From: Candidatus Poribacteria bacterium
Lineage (GTDB): Bacteria > Poribacteria > WGA-4E > WGA-3G
Length of the DNA stretch: 64,000 bases
Reading direction: 5' to 3'
Assembly (NCBI GenBank): GCA_963665235.2
Contig: CAXXLX010000001.1
Span: 192,001-256,000 of the forward strand
The position numbers were made by a program, and so were the translations under genes. Numbering within the stretch: the first letter of the stretch is position 1; every line of letters begins with the position of its first letter. This document shows positions 57,466-64,000 of this stretch, one piece after another. The notes under the pieces were generated by a model. It made no database searches, had not been told where the DNA came from, and saw nothing but the letters and a program-made list of their open reading frames with translations.

Positions 57466-58584
57466 TTAGCTCTTCTGGAGCTTCTCAAAAACCTCAAGAT
57501 ATTGTTGTGCGATGTGGTCCCAATTGAATCGGGCCCGAATCTGTTCTGGGGCGCGTCGTCGAAAATCCTCGGCTTTTTCCAGATTCTGTTCTAAGGCATT
57601 AATCTCGGCGGTGAGCGAATCAACGTTTTTGTCGAAGAGGATCCCGTACCGACCCCCCTCTAAGACTTCATCATTGAAGGGGGTATTCAGGGCAAGAATG
57701 CAGTTAGAAAAGCCCAACGCCTTCAAAATCGAAGGATTTATTCCGCCAAACTGATGTCCGTGAACATAGGCAAAACAGTGATGGTGAAGCTCTTTAATAT
57801 GGTCAGAATTGTCAATATGCCCGAGAAATTTTACGTTGGCATTAGCTGTTTGTTTCAATTTATCTAAAAATTCGTTCTCAAGCTTGTTGCCCTTGTAATC
57901 CGCTCCGCCGGCAATAGCGAGCTGCCTTTGCGTATTCGAAGCGACGAACGCCTCTAAGATAAGGTCTGCGTTATTATCTGGTACAAGTCGGCTTGCAATC
58001 AGATAGTAATCTCGGGGTTTAAGCCCATAAGTCTCGAGGACTTCCGGATTTTCCGACGGTTCGATGTTCGCGCCGTAAGCGATATAGGTGGTTTCGGCTC
58101 CTAATTCCTCAAGGTAGAGCCGCTTCATTTCAGAGGCATCTGTAATGACAATCGGAAATGCGGCTGTAGCCATCTTTGCTGCCCACTTGAAGTAGAGAGC
58201 CCCAATTCCTTTCCACTTCGGACGTAACCATTCCATTCCATCGACATTAATCACGGCGCGTTTGCCGGCGATGCGAAAAAACCAGCCGAATGGGCCGTTG
58301 CCCGCATTCCACGTCAAAATCACATCAGATGGACTAAATGTAGCGTGCAACGTCGCGAGGAAACTGTGAGTCAGGGTACTGAACATCTTATGCTCAATGC
58401 TAGGGAGATAGACTAACTTGATGCCTCTCCATTCAGGGGGGCGTTCCTTGAAAACTGCTTTCCGGCAGTAGACAATGACTTCATGGCCTGCTTCGACCCA
58501 GCGCGGGGCAAGTTCACCCATGATGGTTTCTAATCCACTGTAAGTAGCGGGAAGCCCCCGAATTCCCAATACACGAATTCTCAT
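57466..58584 (-). CDS. GT4 glycosyltransferase with DUF1972 domain
   Basis: LGIRGLPATYSGLE, NVDGMEW.RPKW, RLVPDNN and HGHQFGGINPS motifs. Confidence 0.88.
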   Translation of the reverse strand: MRIRVLGIRGLPATYSGLETIMGELAPRWVEAGHEVIVYCRKAVFKERPPEWRGIKLVYLPSIEHKMFSTLTHSFLATLHATFSPSDVILTWNAGNGPFGWFFRIAGKRAVINVDGMEWLRPKWKGIGALYFKWAAKMATAAFPIVITDASEMKRLYLEELGAETTYIAYGANIEPSENPEVLETYGLKPRDYYLIASRLVPDNNADLILEAFVASNTQRQLAIAGGADYKGNKLENEFLDKLKQTANANVKFLGHIDNSDHIKELHHHCFAYVHGHQFGGINPSILKALGFSNCILALNTPFNDEVLEGGRYGILFDKNVDSLTAEINALEQNLEKAEDFRRRAPEQIRARFNWDHIAQQYLEVFEKLQKS

Positions 58585-58730
58585 TTTTGATATTTCCTTG
58601 CGGTTTGGTAAGGACAGATTTACCGAAAATGTCCCTCGCCACATAGCCAGCCCGGCACGTTGCTTGGGCTTACACTTCCGTTTAATACTACGTGAGTTTG
58701 ATAATAAATGTCCGCTGGTTTCCCTAACCT

Positions 58731-59025
58731 CTATAAATATATCGTCCCTACGGGACTTAGCGTTAGACCGTGAACGGCTGCTTCTATAAACATATCGTCC
58801 CTACGGGACTTAGCGTTGAACCGTGAACGGCTGCTTCTATAAACATATCGTCCCTACGGGACTTAGCGTTGAACCGTGAACGGCTGCTTCTATAAACATA
58901 TCGTCCCTACGGGACTTAGCGTTGAACCGTGAACGGCTGCTTCTATAAATATATCGTCCCTACGGGACCGTTGAACCGTGAACGGCTGCTTCTATAAATA
59001 TATCGTCCCTACGGGACTTAGCGTT
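58731..59025. repeat. 53-bp tandem REP-like repeat, 6 copies (CTATAAAYATATCGTCCCTACGGGAC...)
   Basis: Unit starts at 58731, 58784, 58837, 58890, 58943 and 58992. Intervening sequences are near-identical. Confidence 0.93.
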
Positions 59026-59136
59026 TAAACCGGTATAATGTCTATTAACTATTAATTCCAAAATCTAATTGCTTTGATGTTTGAAGCCGGATAAATCTTC
59101 ATTTTTTTTTAGAAGATTTTCGCTATCAACGCTAAT

Positions 59137-60810
59137 TTAGAACCGGTAGAGGGCTTTTGCCTGGATTTCATTGCTGTTCTCATGGACTCCCTGGCGATGT
59201 CCTAAATTCCGGTGCCAGATGCGCGTCCAATCCGCATAGAACGAATAATGCCCAATAACAACCCAATTAAAACCAATTTTCAACCGATGTTGGCTGTGCG
59301 TAAGTCCTGATAAAGGTGTCCAAACATCGTCTTTGGGAGCGTCAGGCGAATGCGGTTTATTGATGTCGCCTTCACCGTGCCGTTCTAATTGATAACTGAA
59401 AACGGTTTCAAGTTTGTCTGTCCAACGCCGTCGCAGTTCAATCCATAAATTGTCAGCATCTGCGCCAATAGGGTGCCCAATAACAGAGGTAAAATGTTTA
59501 TATACGTTGACCGGATTGACGTGTGTATATGTGTACTGGTTAATAAACGTGTATTCGGCGTGGAAATCGGTGTTGGACAGCCCAAATGGGTCTGTCAGAT
59601 AAATGCCGCCAAGTACGCCGAATTTTGTATCCCAATGCTTAAAACCGGCAGCGGGATTTCCATCGTCAACCATCAATTCACCATATATTTCAAAGTTGTC
59701 CATGGGGCGGAGACGCATATCCATGCTTATTAAGACATTGTCACCACTCCCCGGTGCGCGGCTATCTGCACGCGATATGGTCTGCTCATTTATGAGGTAG
59801 ATGTTGACCGGGTTCACATATCCCAATTCAAAACGGTTTCCGTAGACGACTAGCTCTGAGAATCCCAAACCAAATCTATCGTAGAAATATCCCTCAATTC
59901 TGTGTCCGGAGATATATTTTTCATTGATGTCTTCGGACATATCCTCTAAAACACCGGTGAAGGCGGTAAAAGATACGGTTTTGTATGTAGTTTGAAGTTT
60001 CAGCATGTCAATGGCTATAGGGTTTGAAGAAATCAATAAATTTCCGTGATATCCTGGGCCCCATTGTAGGTTGTCCTGTCCAAATTGTAGTTCGAACCAG
60101 GGCATTTTAAACTTGAGATAGCTATTGATTGCGGTTCTGTTTTTGAGTTCTCCCTCTAATTGTCTATATTTGGACTCATCCGGGAAGACATCGTCAAAAA
60201 TGTCGCCGTATAAGAATCTGTAGGCTATATCTGCTGTGAAGGCAAAATTCTCCTCGAACTGTCCATATATATGTGGGAACAGTGTGGTAATGTGCATATT
60301 CCCCTCGGCAGGCTGTTCTGAGGAGAGGTTATCAACAAGTCGTGTAATAACGCGTTGCGATGCTCTCAGATCGAAAGAGAATCGATAGTTTTCATCAGCA
60401 AGTGTCATCAGGTGCAATCGCCTGCCGGTCGGTTTTTGTGTTTCACCCTCTGTCCCGTTTTTCTGCGCTGGTTTCGGCAATTCTTCTGCCTCGCGGTAAA
60501 AGGTTAACAAGGCGTTTAAACGTCCCTGGTCAATTGGACTCAATATGATTTCGCCAGTGTCTACCTGCCGTGCTACTTCCATTAGGGACGATGTAACCTG
60601 TCCACGTGTGAGGGGCAACGACCCGCGCGTTATGCCGGGCAAAACCCGTTTATTAAGTAAACGATGAATAAAGCGATAGGTTTCACGATTAAAGTCGGAA
60701 AGCTCCGGATTCAGCGGAACGTTGATTAACGATGCAGCGTGGACCATCGGCGAAGTTAGTATTAACGCTGCGGTGTAAACAATTAAAAGCACTCGTAATA
60801 GAATTATCAT
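59137..60810 (-). CDS. Capsule assembly Wzi family outer-membrane protein
   Basis: Signal peptide. G.DNLQWGPG..GNLLIS.N, HRIE, YGELMVDD and GHPIG.DAD motifs. Terminal YRF. Confidence 0.78.
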   Translation of the reverse strand: MIILLRVLLIVYTAALILTSPMVHAASLINVPLNPELSDFNRETYRFIHRLLNKRVLPGITRGSLPLTRGQVTSSLMEVARQVDTGEIILSPIDQGRLNALLTFYREAEELPKPAQKNGTEGETQKPTGRRLHLMTLADENYRFSFDLRASQRVITRLVDNLSSEQPAEGNMHITTLFPHIYGQFEENFAFTADIAYRFLYGDIFDDVFPDESKYRQLEGELKNRTAINSYLKFKMPWFELQFGQDNLQWGPGYHGNLLISSNPIAIDMLKLQTTYKTVSFTAFTGVLEDMSEDINEKYISGHRIEGYFYDRFGLGFSELVVYGNRFELGYVNPVNIYLINEQTISRADSRAPGSGDNVLISMDMRLRPMDNFEIYGELMVDDGNPAAGFKHWDTKFGVLGGIYLTDPFGLSNTDFHAEYTFINQYTYTHVNPVNVYKHFTSVIGHPIGADADNLWIELRRRWTDKLETVFSYQLERHGEGDINKPHSPDAPKDDVWTPLSGLTHSQHRLKIGFNWVVIGHYSFYADWTRIWHRNLGHRQGVHENSNEIQAKALYRF

Positions 60811-62876
60811 TTGAGGATTACCATTTGACGTGTAAGTTTAACTTTTCCTGCTTGTAGTGAATAAAAATAGAGACCGCTAGCGACCGGTTCGCCAGTGGCA
60901 TTCTGTCCATCCCAATATGCAGCCTGAGACCGCGTTCGATATGTCCCCGCGGTTTGGAAACCGAGCGATAACTGCCGAATAGAGTCGCCTTTCATGTTAT
61001 AGATATGGATGTAGACATGTGCGTCTTCCGCCAAATCATAAGGTATCCACGTTTCGGGATTGAATGGATTCGGATAGTTCGGTAGCAGGACGGTTTTTTC
61101 TGGCGTGACGGTATGTAGTAATGCCTCCAAGTTTGCCATGCCGTGGCGAAAAACATCGGAACCATCATCCACTCGGGACGCTTCAGTGAGCCATGCTGCG
61201 ATTCGGTCAATATGCTTCGGCAGCAAGGCTTCAGATTGTGATGGTGCTGCTGGGTTTGTAGTTTCTCCGAAATGTGCTGCAACTATAAGCAAATCGATGA
61301 TGTTAACGCTACCATCTCTGTTCACGTCAACTTTCGGATTTTCCGGTGCTGCTGCTCCAAAACTATTTGAGATGAGAAGGAGGTCTTCTATATCAACGAC
61401 CCCATCTCCGTTTATATCCCAGGGTAATGTTTGGAGGGCTGATATTAGTTCGTAATCCTCTGGCAATGCTGCTCGCCATCCGGCACGGAGCTGCTCGCTG
61501 AGCTGGGCGACCAGTTCGCTGTTTTCTGGGAGTGAGGCGATGTTGACTGTCTCATCCGGGTCAATCTGATAATCGTAAAGTTCCTGACCGAGGGTGCCAT
61601 TGTTTCCCCATTCGGTGTATCGGTACCGTTCCGTTCGCATAGAATTTCCTTTGCCCCAAGATATTTGACTAAAGGCAGCGGTTTTCCAGGGATGTCTCGG
61701 GTGTCCAATTACAGGCAGTAAGCTCAGTCCCTCTAATTGTAAAGGTATCGGAAGCTGGCAAGCATCACAAAGCGTTGGATAGATGTCAACGAGTTCCGCC
61801 AGTGCATCGGTTTTTACCCCTTGATAAGTCTGTCTGGGTATGCTGATAATCAAGGGGGAGCGGAGGGAAACTTCAAAAAGGGTGTTTTTCCCCCAGGTCC
61901 CATGCTCCCCGAGATGATAACCGTGGTCCCCTGCGAAAGCGATAACTGTATTGTCAGTTAGTCTAAGCGTGTCTAGTTGGTTTAAAACACGCCCAACTTG
62001 TGCATCCATGTAACTTGTTGATGCAGCATACGCCCGAATCAATTCTAACGTTCTCACATCCGAGAGGTTTTCTTCATTGAGAACATCTTGGAATTTTAAG
62101 ATTTCTCCTAAATCGCTATATTTTCTTTCGACAATAGTTGGGATGCTACGGGGTAGGCTGCCGGTGGGGGGAAGACTAAAATCCACACCTTCGTATAATT
62201 TGTAATACTTCTCTGGCGCGTAGAGAGGCAAATGAGGTTTGGAGAAGCCAACAGCGAGAAAAAACTGTTTTTTTTGAATTACCTTTAAAACCTCTACTGC
62301 ATGCTTTGCGGTTTGTCCATCCCTAAGTTCGTCATCTTCAACATCATAAGCCTGCCAAGAGGGAACAAAGGGCGGGTTGAGGGTACAAGGATTTGTCCAC
62401 GAAGAGACACTCCAAGAGTAGGTATCATCTTGCATTGTTAAGTTATGTGCAATTTTACCAACGGATTGGGTGTGATAGCCGTGTGCTTTAAAGAGCTGTG
62501 GGAGCGTCACAGCGTTTGGTAAATTTTCGCGAAATTCTGCTTTATTGGAAAACACCTTTGTTGTATTAGGCCTTAATCCTGTAAGTATTGAGGCCCGGGA
62601 TGGGTTACACACAGGATATTGACAGTATGCACGATTGAAGAGTGTACCTCGCTGTGCAAGTTTATCAATATTAGGTGTGTGTATCTCCGGATGTCCGTAG
62701 CAGCCTAACAGCGGCCGCAGGTCGTCAACCATAATGAACAACACATTATAACGCTCCGCTGCTTTTGCCTTTAAATTGGGCAACAATCCTGTCGTGAAAG
62801 CCGCTGTCCCCGCTTTTAAAGTCGTTGATAGGAAATCACGGCGCGTAAACGGTTGTGATTGCTTTGTGTCTTTCAT
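60807..62876 (-). CDS. Tat-exported sulfatase (iduronate-2-sulfatase-like) with dockerin-like and FlgD-Ig C-terminal domains
   Basis: TRRDFL signal, DDLRP, CNPSRAS.LTG, KPHLP and DHG motifs, then DINGDG and NYPNPFNPETWIPY. Confidence 0.92.
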   Translation of the reverse strand: MKDTKQSQPFTRRDFLSTTLKAGTAAFTTGLLPNLKAKAAERYNVLFIMVDDLRPLLGCYGHPEIHTPNIDKLAQRGTLFNRAYCQYPVCNPSRASILTGLRPNTTKVFSNKAEFRENLPNAVTLPQLFKAHGYHTQSVGKIAHNLTMQDDTYSWSVSSWTNPCTLNPPFVPSWQAYDVEDDELRDGQTAKHAVEVLKVIQKKQFFLAVGFSKPHLPLYAPEKYYKLYEGVDFSLPPTGSLPRSIPTIVERKYSDLGEILKFQDVLNEENLSDVRTLELIRAYAASTSYMDAQVGRVLNQLDTLRLTDNTVIAFAGDHGYHLGEHGTWGKNTLFEVSLRSPLIISIPRQTYQGVKTDALAELVDIYPTLCDACQLPIPLQLEGLSLLPVIGHPRHPWKTAAFSQISWGKGNSMRTERYRYTEWGNNGTLGQELYDYQIDPDETVNIASLPENSELVAQLSEQLRAGWRAALPEDYELISALQTLPWDINGDGVVDIEDLLLISNSFGAAAPENPKVDVNRDGSVNIIDLLIVAAHFGETTNPAAPSQSEALLPKHIDRIAAWLTEASRVDDGSDVFRHGMANLEALLHTVTPEKTVLLPNYPNPFNPETWIPYDLAEDAHVYIHIYNMKGDSIRQLSLGFQTAGTYRTRSQAAYWDGQNATGEPVASGLYFYSLQAGKVKLTRQMVILK

Positions 62877-62887
62877 ACGTTTTTCCT

Positions 62888-64000
62888 TTATTTTCTAATT
62901 ACCATTCGGCGTGTCGCACGCGTCAGACCCGCTTGCAATGTATAGAAATAGACACCGCTCGAAACAGGCTCACCAACCGAATTCCGACCATCCCAACGCG
63001 CCGCACGAGCCTGCGTCCGATATACCCCAGCCGTTTGAAATCCTACCTTGAGATGCCGGATAGACTCTCCTTGGACATTGTAGATGTGGATATCAACATC
63101 AGCGTCCACTGCTAAATCGTAAGGTATCCAGGTTTCTGGGTTAAAAGGGTTCGGATAGTTCGGTAAAAGCCCCGTTTTTTCGGGGATAGTGCTGTTAAGC
63201 AGTCTCTCCAAGGTAACGATGCCGCGCTGAAAAACAGCAGCGTTAGCGTTAATCAGACGTGCCTCAGTGAGCCACTCTTCAATAGAGTCAGCATGTTCCG
63301 GCAGAAGGGCAGTAGCGTTTGGTGGTGCTGCTGCACCGGTAGTTTCTCCGAGATGCGCTGCAACTATAAGCAAATCTATGATGTTAATTTTACCGTCTTT
63401 GTTAACGTCAACTTTCGGATTTTCCGGTGCGGATGCCCCAAAACTATTTGAGATGAGAAGGAGATCTTCTATATCAACGACCCCATCTCCGTTTATATCC
63501 CAGGGTAATGTTTGGGTGCCTGGTATTTGTTCGGAACCCTCTGGCAATGCCGCTTGCCACCCGGCATGAAGCTGTTCGCTGAGCTGTTTAATGAGTTCAG
63601 CGTTTTCTGGGTGCCCCGCGATATTGATAGTTTCGTTTGAGTCGCTATGGTAATCGTAAAGTTCTTGTCCGCGGCTTCCATAGTTTCCCCATTCGGTGTA
63701 TCGGTATTGTGTGGTCCGGATGGACCGGCCCTTTGTCCCGCCACGGTTGAACTCACTAAAAGCCCCTGTTTTCCATAACCGAGCCGGTTGCTCAATGACA
63801 GGCATCAGACTGAACCCTTCTAACGTTGTGGGTATCGGAAGTTGACAGGCATCACAGAGCGTTGGGTAAATGTCAACAAGTTCAGATAGCGCATCCGTTT
63901 CTGAGGGGTGTTGCCCGGGTATACTGACAATTAAGGGTGAAGAGAGCGAAGCTTCAAACAGGGTTTGCTTCCCCCATATACCTTGCTCGCCGAGATGATG
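62888..64000 (-). CDS. Paralogous sulfatase with dockerin-like and FlgD-Ig C-terminal domains, 5'-partial
   Basis: Frame is open to the window edge (HHLGEQGIWGKQTLFE). Same C-terminal architecture as the downstream gene. Confidence 0.9.
   Translation of the reverse strand, partial: HHLGEQGIWGKQTLFEASLSSPLIVSIPGQHPSETDALSELVDIYPTLCDACQLPIPTTLEGFSLMPVIEQPARLWKTGAFSEFNRGGTKGRSIRTTQYRYTEWGNYGSRGQELYDYHSDSNETINIAGHPENAELIKQLSEQLHAGWQAALPEGSEQIPGTQTLPWDINGDGVVDIEDLLLISNSFGASAPENPKVDVNKDGKINIIDLLIVAAHLGETTGAAAPPNATALLPEHADSIEEWLTEARLINANAAVFQRGIVTLERLLNSTIPEKTGLLPNYPNPFNPETWIPYDLAVDADVDIHIYNVQGESIRHLKVGFQTAGVYRTQARAARWDGRNSVGEPVSSGVYFYTLQAGLTRATRRMVIRK

Noticed and set aside
58731-59025. Possible CRISPR array (53-bp period)
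   Set aside because: The sequences between the palindromes are near-identical, so this is a simple tandem amplification.

Overview
Bacterial genomic window. It is most likely from Candidatus Poribacteria; this is an inference from the gene repertoire: four PhyH-type dioxygenases, LamG, malectin and CBM9 proteins with a 'KLxxTWGxLK' tail, a WD40 protein starting 'WHLPEGAIARLGKG', dockerin-like and FlgD-Ig C-terminal domains, and sulfatases. About 50 CDS are present: secreted modular and glycan-binding proteins, sugar-acid catabolism enzymes, argH, a TonB-dependent uptake locus, polysaccharide genes and an HNH/MTase/BsaWI-like restriction-modification cluster. Intergenic regions are packed with nested REP- and MITE-like repeats of several families. 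Decayed mobile genes include a tnpB-only IS200/IS605 element with an in-frame TAG, a DDE transposase remnant and a disrupted Rpn-like gene. No rRNA, tRNA or true CRISPR array was found. Best leads: (1) a ~300-nt non-coding element present twice, each copy upstream of a tandem pair of secreted lectin-like proteins; (2) a shared C-terminal TWG tag on five such proteins of three unrelated folds, a candidate sorting signal; (3) a CxxU Rdx selenoprotein missed by the ORF track; (4) a copy of the right-flank DNA inside the leader of the TnpB element.
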